Positions 40,346 through 50,051 of a stretch of DNA of 64,000 nucleotides are shown here, in pieces. Origin of the DNA: Calditrichia bacterium. Its GTDB lineage: Bacteria; Calditrichota; Calditrichia; JAJRVZ01. The notes below the pieces were generated by a model. It searched no databases, was not told the DNA's origin, and saw nothing but the letters and a program-made list of their open reading frames with translations. The translations under genes and the position numbers were made by a program. Numbering within the stretch: the stretch's first letter is position 1; the number at the start of each line of letters is the position of its first letter. The stretch lies in contig CAWCNS010000009.1 of NCBI GenBank assembly GCA_963796965.1, positions 672,001 through 736,000 on the forward strand. Direction: 5' to 3'.

Positions 40346-41728
40346 ATGAGTGAATATCAAGAGTTCCTAGATCAGGGAAAAAACAAAGCCCGGGATGAAG
40401 TCCATCGTCTGAAGATACTGAAGGCCGTATCAACCTATGAAGTTCAGGTTGATATTATGAAAAACGGGCAATTTCAAAATTGGGAACATGCCCGCCAGAA
40501 TGCCGGACAAATAAAAGATGTGGTCTTGGAAAATTGGCCTGCTCTTTTAGAGGAATTTGAAAGCAAAATAACAAAACGTGGCGCCAAGGTCTGGTGGGCA
40601 AAAAACAAACAAGAAGCACAAGACTATTTTTTAGATATTGCCCAAAATCATAAGGCAAAAACAATAGTTAAATCAAAATCTATGACTACAGAAGAAATTG
40701 AGTTTAACGAGTTCTGTCAAGAAAATGATATTGATGTTCTTGAAAGTGACCTCGGCGAACTCATTGTTCAATTAGGAAATGAAAAACCCTATCATATTGT
40801 TACCCCAGCGATGCATAAAACGAAAGCAGAAGTTGGTAAATTATTTAGGGAAAAGCTCGGTGCTCCAGAGACAGAAGATGCGCAGGAACTTACTATGATT
40901 GCCCGGGAGCATCTCCGTAATGCTTATATTAGCCGTGATATTGGTGTTACCGGAGCAAATTTTATAGTCGCTGACGAAGGTGCGATATTGATGACCGAGA
41001 ATGAAGGTAATGGTCGATTAACCATGTCTTGTCCTCCCGTCCATGTTGTTTTTGTTGGCATTGAAAAAATTATCCCGAAATTAAGTGATCTCTCCCTCTT
41101 TTTGCCTCTTCTTGCAACCAGCGGCACCGGTCAACAGATAACCGGCTACAATTCAATTATCCGCGGACCCAGACAAGAAGGAGAAATTGACGGCCCTAAA
41201 GAAATGCATGTAATTCTGATAGACAATGGCAGATCGGAACTATTTGCAAAAGAAACGTATCAATCAATACTTAAATGTATTCGTTGCGGCGCCTGTTTAA
41301 ATGCTTGCCCCGTATACAGAACCATCGGCGGTCATTCATACCTGACCACCTATCAGGGACCCATTGGTTCAGTTATAACACCACAATTTCGCGGGCTTAA
41401 AGAATTTGGGCATCTGGCTTTCGCCTCTAGCCTTTGCGGCGCCTGTACATCAGTATGCCCGGTTAATATTGATATTCACACCTTACTTCTCGAAACACGC
41501 TGGGAAATGTATCAAAAGAATTATACCGGAACCTTTTGGAATGTCTCTCTCAAAGTATGGGCCCGGATAATGGGCAGTCGCGCCCGACTTAATTTAGTAT
41601 CCAAATTATTAAATTTTTCATATAAACTTTTTCTACTTTTCATACCTGCAGGTAAACGAAAGCGTATACCCAACCTACCTAAGAAGTCATTTTCATATTT
41701 ATGGGAACAATATGAACAGCAGAAATGA
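40346..41728 (+). CDS. lutB: L-lactate utilisation protein B (LUD + 4Fe-4S)
   Basis: KSKSMTTEEI, ESDLGE, PYHIVTPAMH, TGANF, NEGNGRL, CIRCGACLNACPVY, SSLCGACTSVCPV. Confidence 0.92.
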   Translation: MSEYQEFLDQGKNKARDEVHRLKILKAVSTYEVQVDIMKNGQFQNWEHARQNAGQIKDVVLENWPALLEEFESKITKRGAKVWWAKNKQEAQDYFLDIAQNHKAKTIVKSKSMTTEEIEFNEFCQENDIDVLESDLGELIVQLGNEKPYHIVTPAMHKTKAEVGKLFREKLGAPETEDAQELTMIAREHLRNAYISRDIGVTGANFIVADEGAILMTENEGNGRLTMSCPPVHVVFVGIEKIIPKLSDLSLFLPLLATSGTGQQITGYNSIIRGPRQEGEIDGPKEMHVILIDNGRSELFAKETYQSILKCIRCGACLNACPVYRTIGGHSYLTTYQGPIGSVITPQFRGLKEFGHLAFASSLCGACTSVCPVNIDIHTLLLETRWEMYQKNYTGTFWNVSLKVWARIMGSRARLNLVSKLLNFSYKLFLLFIPAGKRKRIPNLPKKSFSYLWEQYEQQK

Positions 41729-42374
41729 AATATTAAAACGTTTAGGAAAGATTAAGTATCGCCACGAAAGCTCTCAATCGGCTGAATGGCAGGATAATAC
41801 TCTATATTCAAATTATCCTCACCAAGCTGAAGATCTATTTCCAGTATTTAAAAAACAATTAGAGGATCTTTCAGGGGAGGTGTATTTTGTTAATGATCTG
41901 GACCACTTTAAAAGTCTATTTCTTGAAAACGTCAAAGATGTAAACGCCAGTCTTTGCAAAGCACATAAATCACCCTTAATCGATAAAATAAAAAGTATTG
42001 ATCCCGAAGTATCGAATTATTTTGACTATATTGACGATAAAGATATCGACAATATTCAATACTCTAAGTATGATATCGGTATATCCTGTGCAGATGCTTT
42101 GATCGCCCGTACCGGAAGTATTTTATTAAGAACACTTTCTGCGGGCGGACGACGACTTTCAGTTCTACCCCCGACCCATATTGTTATTGCGGAAACAAAA
42201 CAACTTGTACCTTCACTTGATCAAGCCCTGATAGAATTACAGAAAACTCAAGATAATTACAGTTACGCAACCATCATATCCGGACCTTCGCGAACAGCTG
42301 ATATTGAAAAGCAGTTGGTCTTAGGGGCTCATGGTCCAAAAAGATTGATTGTTTTTGTAATCAAATCATCCTAA
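41712..42374 (+). CDS. lutC: L-lactate utilisation protein C (LUD domain)
   Basis: IARTGS, RLSVLPPTHI, ISGPSRTADIEKQLVLGAHGP. Confidence 0.9.
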   Translation: MNSRNEILKRLGKIKYRHESSQSAEWQDNTLYSNYPHQAEDLFPVFKKQLEDLSGEVYFVNDLDHFKSLFLENVKDVNASLCKAHKSPLIDKIKSIDPEVSNYFDYIDDKDIDNIQYSKYDIGISCADALIARTGSILLRTLSAGGRRLSVLPPTHIVIAETKQLVPSLDQALIELQKTQDNYSYATIISGPSRTADIEKQLVLGAHGPKRLIVFVIKSS

Positions 42375-42541
42375 ACTATTTTTTTTACTTGTAATCAGCC
42401 ACTATACTTAACCTTCCTATTAAATTCTTATCGCCCTAATATTTATAATATAAAATCTATAAAAACGTAATAATTCTTACCTATTTTTTTAATTAACTTT
42501 TGTATAATTAACGCATTAATTTTTAGGGAGGGATTCGAATA

Positions 42542-43303
42542 TTGTATAATGATACTATTCCTGTAATAGACACTGATCAAATGAAAGAAGTTGATAGATT
42601 AATGACCGATTGCTATGGTATTTCATTACAGCAAATGATGGAGAATGCCGGACGGAATCTGGCGATGCTTACAAAGAAAATCTTGGACGATGACATTTCT
42701 AGAAAAAAGATCTGTATTGCTGTTGGAAATGGAAATAATGGTGGGGGAGGATTGGTTGCAGCCAGACATCTAAGCAACTGGGGAGCGGAGATAACCATCT
42801 TAGTCGCAAAACCTGAAGCAAGGTTTAAATCAATCCCGGCAAGACAACTTGAAACCGTGAGACATTTACCTATATCAGTTGTTTTTGCAGATAGCCATTT
42901 CGATTATATAAACTGGAATGAATGCGATCTTATAATTGATGCTATTCTTGGCTATGGACTTAACCGGGTACCCGATCAAAATGTATCTAAAATCATCCAG
43001 GCAATTAATACTATGCGATGTCCGATTATATCTTTGGATACACCATCCGGGCTGCACACAACAAATGGAGTATCGTTTGAGAATGTGGTTCGTGCAGACG
43101 TAACTTTAACTCTAGCTTTACCGAAAGTTGGGCTCATTAACACCGAGGCGAAAGAATATGTGGGTGATCTATATCTAGGTGATATATCTGTCCCACCTCT
43201 TCTCTATTCACAATTGGGAATAAAAGTAAAGCCTTTTTTTGGGAAAAACCCGGTTATCCATTACGCGGAACGAGACAACCGGGTTATAAAAATGGCCGAG
43301 TAA
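42542..43303 (+). CDS. nnrE: NAD(P)H-hydrate epimerase (stand-alone YjeF-N)
   Basis: MMENAG, GNGNNGGGGLVAARHL, IDAILGYG, SLDTPSG, TLTLALPK, LGDISVP. Confidence 0.88.
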   Translation: MYNDTIPVIDTDQMKEVDRLMTDCYGISLQQMMENAGRNLAMLTKKILDDDISRKKICIAVGNGNNGGGGLVAARHLSNWGAEITILVAKPEARFKSIPARQLETVRHLPISVVFADSHFDYINWNECDLIIDAILGYGLNRVPDQNVSKIIQAINTMRCPIISLDTPSGLHTTNGVSFENVVRADVTLTLALPKVGLINTEAKEYVGDLYLGDISVPPLLYSQLGIKVKPFFGKNPVIHYAERDNRVIKMAE

Positions 43304-43307
43304 AATC

Positions 43308-44675
43308 CTACATCGTGAGTTTTAAGGGATCAAGAATTTCATCTAATTTTTCTTCCGTTAATTCAGTCAATTCCAATGCTACGTCTTTAAGTGTCCTTCC
43401 CTCTGCATAAGCTGTCTTGGCGATTTTTGCACCAAGATCATATCCAATAATGGGATTTAGGGCGGTAACCAGAATTGGGTTTTTATCAACCAGATTAAGT
43501 ATTTTCTCTTCGTTTAAGGTGAATCCCTCAATAGCTTTGTCCGCTAAAACCCTTGCTCCATTACCCAAGGAATCAATCGATTGAAGAAGATTATGAGCAA
43601 TTACAGGCAACATCACATTTAGCTGGAAAACCCCCGCCTGACCTCCAATTGTAATCGTTACATCATTTCCCATTACCTGCGCACAAACCATTGTTAAAGC
43701 CTCAGGTATTACAGGATTTATTTTACCCGGCATAATTGAGGATCCAGGTTGTAAGGCAGGTAACGAAATTTCACCAATTCCAGCTATCGGACCACTATTC
43801 ATCCATCTTAAGTCATTACTTATTTTCATTATACTGGTTGCCACTGTTTTTAACTGCCCACTTAACTCAACAATTGCATCCTGTGTGGCCAAAGACTCGA
43901 AAAAGTTTGATGCTTTTTTAAAAGGGAACCCAGTTTCTTCTGATAATTTGTTTGCAAATCGATCAGCAAATTCAGGATGTGCATTAATTCCGGTTCCCAC
44001 AGCCGTTCCACCCTGTGCCAACTCGGCAACACGTGGAAGACAGGCTTTTACCCTTTCAATACCATGACTGATTTGACTGGCCCATCCGGACATTTCCTGA
44101 CTGACCCTCACCGGCATGGCATCCATTAAATGGGTTCGTCCGGTTTTTACAATTTTCTGGTATTTTGATGCCTTTTTTTCTATTACTCTCAACAAATGTT
44201 CTAATCCCGGTAACAATACTTCCTCCGTCTCAACATATGCAGAAACATGTATTGATGTTGGTATCACATCATTGGATGATTGACCCATATTTACGTGATC
44301 ATTAGGATGAATTTTTTCTCCTGCAATGGTTGTGGCTAGATTTGCAATAACTTCATTTGCATTCATATTACTACTTGTTCCAGATCCTGTCTGAAAAATA
44401 TCAATCGGGAAATGCCTGTCATACTTACCTTCAATAACCTCTGTTGCCGCCTGCTGGATCGCATTGGATTTTTTATCATCTAATAAGCCTAAATCTTTAT
44501 TTACATCTGCTGCAATTTTTTTAATTAAGCCCAGAGCTTTTATCATTGTTCGTGGGATCGGAATTCCACTGATTGGGAAATTGTCAACCGCCCGCTGGGT
44601 CTGTGCTGCATATAAAGCCTCTTTGGGGACTTTTACCTCACCAAGAGAGTCCTTTTCAATTCTGAATTCAGACAT
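43308..44675 (-). CDS. fumC: Class II fumarate hydratase
   Basis: QTGSGTSSNMNANEV, HPNDHVN, GRTHLMDA, GSSIMPGKINP. Confidence 0.95.
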   Translation of the reverse strand: MSEFRIEKDSLGEVKVPKEALYAAQTQRAVDNFPISGIPIPRTMIKALGLIKKIAADVNKDLGLLDDKKSNAIQQAATEVIEGKYDRHFPIDIFQTGSGTSSNMNANEVIANLATTIAGEKIHPNDHVNMGQSSNDVIPTSIHVSAYVETEEVLLPGLEHLLRVIEKKASKYQKIVKTGRTHLMDAMPVRVSQEMSGWASQISHGIERVKACLPRVAELAQGGTAVGTGINAHPEFADRFANKLSEETGFPFKKASNFFESLATQDAIVELSGQLKTVATSIMKISNDLRWMNSGPIAGIGEISLPALQPGSSIMPGKINPVIPEALTMVCAQVMGNDVTITIGGQAGVFQLNVMLPVIAHNLLQSIDSLGNGARVLADKAIEGFTLNEEKILNLVDKNPILVTALNPIIGYDLGAKIAKTAYAEGRTLKDVALELTELTEEKLDEILDPLKLTM

Positions 44676-44857
44676 ATTGGCCTCCTTTAGTTCAAAATAT
44701 TTTTTCCAAGGCGTATTTCACGCCAGATATAGATAGTTCAAATCTACTTAAATTTTTAAATATCGCAAAAAGATATGAACTTAAGATACTACTTTGTGAA
44801 ATATTTGACAATAAAATTGTGGAAAATATATTTCTTAGGCAGGTATTATTTAAAATA

Positions 44858-45571
44858 TCAAAAGGTACCAGAGAGGTTTTCAAGATCAAGCTCTTTAATC
44901 TGAACCTGATCCCCCTGTTTGAAACAGGTGAGGATGGCATGGGCCACATCGACATCTTTGAGCATTTTCTTTCGGTCCCATTCATAAGGAAGGCTATCTT
45001 GCATTGGGGTATCCACTGAGGCTGGATAGACTGAGGTTACCTTGATATTGGTACCGACAAGTTCCTGCCTAAGGGAATCAGCTAATGCTTTTAATCCCCA
45101 TTTTGAAGCACAATAGGCAGACCATTCCGGAAAAGTTTGTCGACCGGCGATAGAATTGAGAAAAAAGATATGGGCGTTTTTTGCAAGAAAGGGAATTAAA
45201 TTATGTGTTAGAATAAATGGTACATTCAAGTTGGTTTCAATTGTCTCACGCCAATCAACCGTTTTCATATCTTTTACTTTTCCCACTTTTGCAATGCCTG
45301 CATTATGCACCAAAACTCTTATTTTACTACCCGTTGATTTAATTTGGGCAGTTATCTGCTCGATCTGAATATCATTCATTAAGTCAATCGATTGAAAAAA
45401 ACAATTTCCCTTCTCCCGGGTAATCTCATTCTGAAGACTATCAAGATCTTCAAGATTCCTTCCAATAGCATGAACAGTCAGACCGGCTGCAGCAAAGACT
45501 TTCGCTGTACTGCGACCAATTCCCTTGCTTGCTCCTGTAATTAATGCAAGATCATAAGGCACTTCGCTCAC
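44858..45571 (-). CDS. SDR oxidoreductase, candidate sepiapterin reductase
   Basis: [17 protein letters not shown] catalytic motif; overlaps the folE 3' end. Confidence 0.8.
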   Translation of the reverse strand: MSEVPYDLALITGASKGIGRSTAKVFAAAGLTVHAIGRNLEDLDSLQNEITREKGNCFFQSIDLMNDIQIEQITAQIKSTGSKIRVLVHNAGIAKVGKVKDMKTVDWRETIETNLNVPFILTHNLIPFLAKNAHIFFLNSIAGRQTFPEWSAYCASKWGLKALADSLRQELVGTNIKVTSVYPASVDTPMQDSLPYEWDRKKMLKDVDVAHAILTCFKQGDQVQIKELDLENLSGTF

Positions 45572-46118
45572 TCCGTATTAACTCCAGGAATTCTGTTCGT
45601 GTTTTTGGATCTTCTTTAAAAGATCCTACAAGTGTTGATGTAATCATTTTAGCTTTTTCTTTTTCTACTCCCCGCATTGACATACACATATGGTGGCCCT
45701 CGATGACCACACCAACCCCATGAGGATTAAGCTGCTCCTGTAAAACATTTGCAATTTGAGCTGTCATACGTTCTTGAACCTGAAGTCGCCGGGCATACAT
45801 ATCAACAATCCGTGGAATTTTACTCAATCCCACAACTTTTCCTTTAGGTATATATCCCACATGAGCTACACCAAAAAACGGTAGCATATGATGTTCGCAT
45901 AAACTATAATAGTTTATATTTGTTACAACCACCATTTCATCATAATCGACATCAAACATGGCACCATTGATTATTTGTGCTGCCGTTTGGTTGTAGCCTC
46001 GTGTCAGCTCCCTATACATCTTTTCTATCCTTTTGGGTGTATCTATCAGACCCTGGCGTTCAGGATTTTCACCAATTTCTTGTAAAATTTTATGAATTGC
46101 TGATTCAAAATCTTTCAT
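45552..46118 (-). CDS. folE: GTP cyclohydrolase I
   Basis: [36 protein letters not shown]. Confidence 0.95.
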   Translation of the reverse strand: MKDFESAIHKILQEIGENPERQGLIDTPKRIEKMYRELTRGYNQTAAQIINGAMFDVDYDEMVVVTNINYYSLCEHHMLPFFGVAHVGYIPKGKVVGLSKIPRIVDMYARRLQVQERMTAQIANVLQEQLNPHGVGVVIEGHHMCMSMRGVEKEKAKMITSTLVGSFKEDPKTRTEFLELIRSERSAL

Positions 46119-46160
46119 AATATATCCTAATCTTGCATATAATTTTTTTCTGAAGAGTCA

Positions 46161-46581
46161 CTAGTGCTTAATTTTTCCCGTTTCGAAGTAATTGTTATTG
46201 GTTTCCCATAATTTCAGATGAAAAAGTTTGTCATCGGAAAATTCGGTTTTCAATTTTTGCCACAAAAACTGAATAATGATTTCCCCACTGGACAATCTAT
46301 TTTCAAAATAGTCAATTTCCCGGTTTAAATGTTTATAATTCAAAACATCTAAAACCTTATGAACACACTCATCAAATTCCTTTAATGAAAGGATCATCCC
46401 GGTTTCCTCATCCGGACGACCCTTGATACTCACTTCCAAGCGATAATCATGGCCATGACCATTGATATTATTACACTTGTCATAAATATCTGTATTTTGT
46501 GAAGAAGTGAGCGATGCCGAGTTTAAACGATGAGTCTGCTGTAAACCAATAAACCCTACTCAGAATAACCTTTGGGTTCAT
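46161..46581 (-). CDS. 6-pyruvoyl-tetrahydropterin synthase family protein, second copy (+1 frameshift near 46536)
   Basis: ATG 46581 overlaps the upstream stop (ATGA) with a GGAGG RBS. MNPKVILSRVYWFTA joins THRLNS...KCNNINGHGHDYRLEVSIKG...LWET on removal of one base. Confidence 0.78.
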
Positions 46582-47009
46582 AATTCCTCCCTGTAAACAT
46601 CTACATAAAGATCAGATCGTTCGTAGAGTCGAATTTTATACAATTCAAACATCCCTTTATCTTTTAGTTCCTTGTTTATAAGGTCAAATAGGATTAAAGC
46701 AATGTTTTCGGTTGAAGGAATACGTTTCTTGAAATAGGGTGTATCTAAATTTAAATATTTGTGATCAAATTTTTCTACAACAACGTTTACATGTCTCTTA
46801 AGGTCACTGAGGTTGATTATCATCCCTGTAATAGGATCTACCTGACCCTCAATTGTCACATGAAACTCATAATTATGCCCATGCCCATGTGGACTGGTAC
46901 ATAGTCCAAAAATTTGTTCATTTTTTTCTTTTGACCATTCTTCTCGCCAATATCGATGGCTCGCTGAAAATTCAAACTTTTTCGATATGAGTGTTTTTTG
47001 CACAGACAT
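46578..47009 (-). CDS. 6-pyruvoyl-tetrahydropterin synthase family protein
   Basis: FSASHR, GLCTSPHGHGHNY (CX5HGH), FDHKYLN, PSTENIA, LYE. Confidence 0.88.
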   Translation of the reverse strand: MSVQKTLISKKFEFSASHRYWREEWSKEKNEQIFGLCTSPHGHGHNYEFHVTIEGQVDPITGMIINLSDLKRHVNVVVEKFDHKYLNLDTPYFKKRIPSTENIALILFDLINKELKDKGMFELYKIRLYERSDLYVDVYREEL

Positions 47010-47225
47010 AGATTAATGCTCGCTTTCTTTCAATATATATAATAATATACAAAGGGGATGATTTATTCCAAATTTAATACTAACCAAAAAAAAAATAGTG
47101 TAATTTCTACGCCCGGGTTGATTATAATTTGTAGATAAATTGCAAGCAGAACTTGTATTTCGATGTGGATGGAAAAATAGTTGTTCAAGAATGAGAGGAT
47201 AAGGGCAAATTAATGATATATCAGA

Positions 47226-49022
47226 TCAGTTTTTAAAAATCTTCTTTGGAATTTTAACCATTGACTCTGTTGTATCTCTGCCCATAGATATAGGGGGAAG
47301 TTTGCGTGAAATGATTGCATTTAAAGCTACTGATTTTAACTGGTTAATATGTGTTTCTGACTCATTTGTAGTGAGAGTTGTAACTATATACTCTATTACT
47401 CGTTCAGGTTGTCTGGATAAAATCTTTATTCCTTCTTTATCAATCTGTAGAAAACTGGCAATACGATCATCCGTATTTATTTTTTTTAAAACCTTTTCTT
47501 TTGAGAATATCTCTATAGCCTTTATATAGATATCGTTTGCTGCTTCTTGATAAAGCGAAGATTGCTCAGGTGTACTTTCGATGTGTAAGAGGTCTGATCC
47601 AACCGTAAGATGGTATAATTTCTCAATAACCATGGGCACCTTATTACCGCTTATCAGGCTGCCATATAAAGGAGCTATGATCAGTGGGTGAGGATCTATC
47701 TGCTTTATATTCTGAATGGCATACCGTACAGCATTATTTGCCGGCATATGTAATTGATGATATGCCAGAATTCCATCAAGATGTGAGTCCTCCATCCAGA
47801 GTGATTGGTTATGCTCACGACTTAAAATACCACTAAATAGTTCCCCGCTAAATAAAATTCTCGTGGATTTGTCATAAGTAAAGAATGTACTACCAGCAGG
47901 GCAAAATGGAGCAGAAATATATATTATCTCATGCTGTGTCGCCAATTTCACACGCCAATCTTTCATTTTATTAATATATTTGACGTTTTTCTCATTTATA
48001 TCATGTGCGACGATCAACCGCCAGTTTCCTTCTGTAGTTACACAGATAGCTTTAGGATTAGACTTTTTCAAGAATTGAACATTTTGTGTAATATGGGCGT
48101 CTTGCTGATTCAAATTGTATACATGAATGTTTTTCATATCTCCAATTAATGATGAAAGCTTTTGCGAAATGACCGAATAATCTGATAAAGGCCCTGGGTT
48201 GAAAAGATAATTTATTTCTTTTTGACCGCTTCTAAATCTTCGTAAAAAGACGTTTGTTTGAAGAAGAGAATCTCTGTTTCTCCGGCCGATCCAATAAGTT
48301 TCGTCTTCAATTTGAACAGGAGTATTAAGATCTGTGTTATCCGTTGGTTTTTCTTTTTTAGGAACTCCGATGACTTTCTTTTTCGATTTAATTTTGAGGG
48401 TTTTTGGACGCAGAATAAAATTTCCTTTTGACCATTTTCTGAGAGAGTCCAGAGCCTCATCTTCTGCCATATCTTTATAATTTATCTTACTGACATCTCC
48501 TTTTTCCAGGTTAAAAATTCCTTCTTCGTCGCCGTTTCGCAAGACTAATTCACCGCTGAAAGCATCTTTCATACATAATTCTAATATCTCATCGAGATTA
48601 TATTCGGTTAGGGTGCCCTTTTGTACCAATGCTTCTTCGCGTCGACTCTCTATACGGTGAAATATTGCCTTTATCTTGACCAGAAGCTCATCAACTTTAA
48701 AGGGTTTTACGATGTAATCGTCGCTCCCTGTCTGAATCCCCTCCAGAAGCCTTTCTTTCTTAGCAGTTAGAAAAATAAATGGTATCGAGCGGGTCAGATC
48801 TGATTTTCGTACATGCTTACAAAACTCTATTCCATCCATTTCGGGCATGGCTATGTCTGATATGATCAAATCTGGAATTGTCCTTTCCAGTTTGTTCATA
48901 CCAATTTTTCCATTACTTGCTGTAATAACCTCGTAATCATCTGATAATTCTAGAATTCTTTGCACAGAATATAGAATAGAGGTTTCATCTTCAACAAGAA
49001 GTAATGTTTTTTTATTGCCCAT
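47226..49022 (-). CDS. Response regulator: REC + DUF4388-like + degenerate MBL-fold (ODP/FprA-like) domain
   Basis: LLVEDE, ISDIAMP, FLTA, KPF; GTLTEYNLDEILEL...FSGEL; C-terminal PVQIEDETYWIG...LQTN...RILFSGELF...IIAPLYG. Confidence 0.72.
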   Translation of the reverse strand: MGNKKTLLLVEDETSILYSVQRILELSDDYEVITASNGKIGMNKLERTIPDLIISDIAMPEMDGIEFCKHVRKSDLTRSIPFIFLTAKKERLLEGIQTGSDDYIVKPFKVDELLVKIKAIFHRIESRREEALVQKGTLTEYNLDEILELCMKDAFSGELVLRNGDEEGIFNLEKGDVSKINYKDMAEDEALDSLRKWSKGNFILRPKTLKIKSKKKVIGVPKKEKPTDNTDLNTPVQIEDETYWIGRRNRDSLLQTNVFLRRFRSGQKEINYLFNPGPLSDYSVISQKLSSLIGDMKNIHVYNLNQQDAHITQNVQFLKKSNPKAICVTTEGNWRLIVAHDINEKNVKYINKMKDWRVKLATQHEIIYISAPFCPAGSTFFTYDKSTRILFSGELFSGILSREHNQSLWMEDSHLDGILAYHQLHMPANNAVRYAIQNIKQIDPHPLIIAPLYGSLISGNKVPMVIEKLYHLTVGSDLLHIESTPEQSSLYQEAANDIYIKAIEIFSKEKVLKKINTDDRIASFLQIDKEGIKILSRQPERVIEYIVTTLTTNESETHINQLKSVALNAIISRKLPPISMGRDTTESMVKIPKKIFKN

Positions 49023-49395
49023 TAATATTTCCCTTCAAACCTCTCAACATATTTAGCATCCTATCTCCAACATATGACACCATCAGATGACCTTACAATA
49101 AAGAAATCCAAACTATTGTACTAATGTTAACGTACATCTGAATGAATAAGTATGGAGACATGAAATAATTTGCAGAACTAATCTTTCTTCAAATGTCGTT
49201 TGTAAATAGGTGAAAATAATTAAATTCTTATAACATTATCAGGATTTTATAGATTTATACCTTTAAAATAGAACCAAAAGATAAGCACCTGATAAAATTG
49301 TAAAAATAGTTCATTGTAATCACATACAAAATCTCTTACATTTGGTTATCGGAAGAAAAATCTATAATATTAATATTTTATAAAAGGAGATAAAA

Positions 49396-49839
49396 ATGAC
49401 CTCCCTTCTCGAACAAATTAAAGGCACCTTAGAGGAGACTTATGATACGGTGAAAGACAGCGCCTCCGTGATGATCGAAAAAGCAGAGGATTTCGGAAAA
49501 ATAAGTAAAATGAAATTTGAAGTCCGGCAACTCAGTAGTAATGCTGAAAAGAAGTTGACTGTATTGGGGGACGCCGTACTCCCCTATCTTATTAAAAATG
49601 ACGTCAATGCCTTAAAAGATAACCCTGCTATTAAACTGGTTGTTGAAGAGATACAAGATCTGAACAAAAAAATTGATGATAAACAAAAAGAAATCGATAT
49701 TTTAGTTTCTGAAACTGAAAAGGTCAGCAAAGAAAAAGAAGAAGAAAAGCTACATACCCGAATAAATAAGCTCGAGAGTGAGATTGAAGAGCGAATGACA
49801 GAATTGAAAAAATTAAAGGATTCAGAGGACGAAGAGTAG
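49396..49839 (+). CDS. Hypothetical coiled-coil protein
   Basis: AAGGAG RBS; highly charged heptad-rich sequence. Confidence 0.7.
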   Translation: MTSLLEQIKGTLEETYDTVKDSASVMIEKAEDFGKISKMKFEVRQLSSNAEKKLTVLGDAVLPYLIKNDVNALKDNPAIKLVVEEIQDLNKKIDDKQKEIDILVSETEKVSKEKEEEKLHTRINKLESEIEERMTELKKLKDSEDEE

Positions 49840-49893
49840 TCTGATTCATTTATCTATATATTGATTCTTTTAGCATTATCCTTAAATTAGCAC

Positions 49894-49980
49894 ATGTCCG
49901 TAGGGGTGTTCCGCCAAATGTGGAACTGAGATGACACCCTTCGAACCTGACCTGGATTATACCAGCGTAGGGAACCGGCA
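49894..49980 (+). ncRNA. TPP riboswitch (THI element)
   Basis: AGGGGTG...CTGAGA...ACCC-TTCGAACCTGA-CCTGGATTATACCAGCGTAGGGAA consensus upstream of thiamine-related genes. Confidence 0.93.
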
Positions 49981-50006
49981 ACAAAAATGAGATCTTCTTG
50001 ATCTAT

Positions 50007-50039
50007 AGTCGTCTTCCTCGTTGGGAAACGACTTTTTTT
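50007..50039 (+). terminator. Intrinsic terminator, riboswitch expression platform
   Basis: AGTCGTCTTCC-TCGTT-GGGAAACGACT followed by a T-run, between the aptamer and ATG 50052. Confidence 0.72.
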
Positions 50040-50051
50040 ATGGGGATTTCA

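Noticed and set aside
44692..45019. ORFs 44692..44985 (-) and 44819..45019 (+)
   Set aside because: They overlap the SDR gene in other frames and have no motifs; shadow ORFs.
46161..47009. PTPS genes as queD or a 7-deazaguanine DNA-modification (dpd) cluster
   Set aside because: Both have C-X5-HGH rather than the QueD C-X3-HGH, and no queC, queE or dpdA is adjacent.
49998..50051. Upstream TTG start of the TonB receptor
   Set aside because: It runs through the riboswitch terminator; ATG 50052 gives a normal signal peptide.
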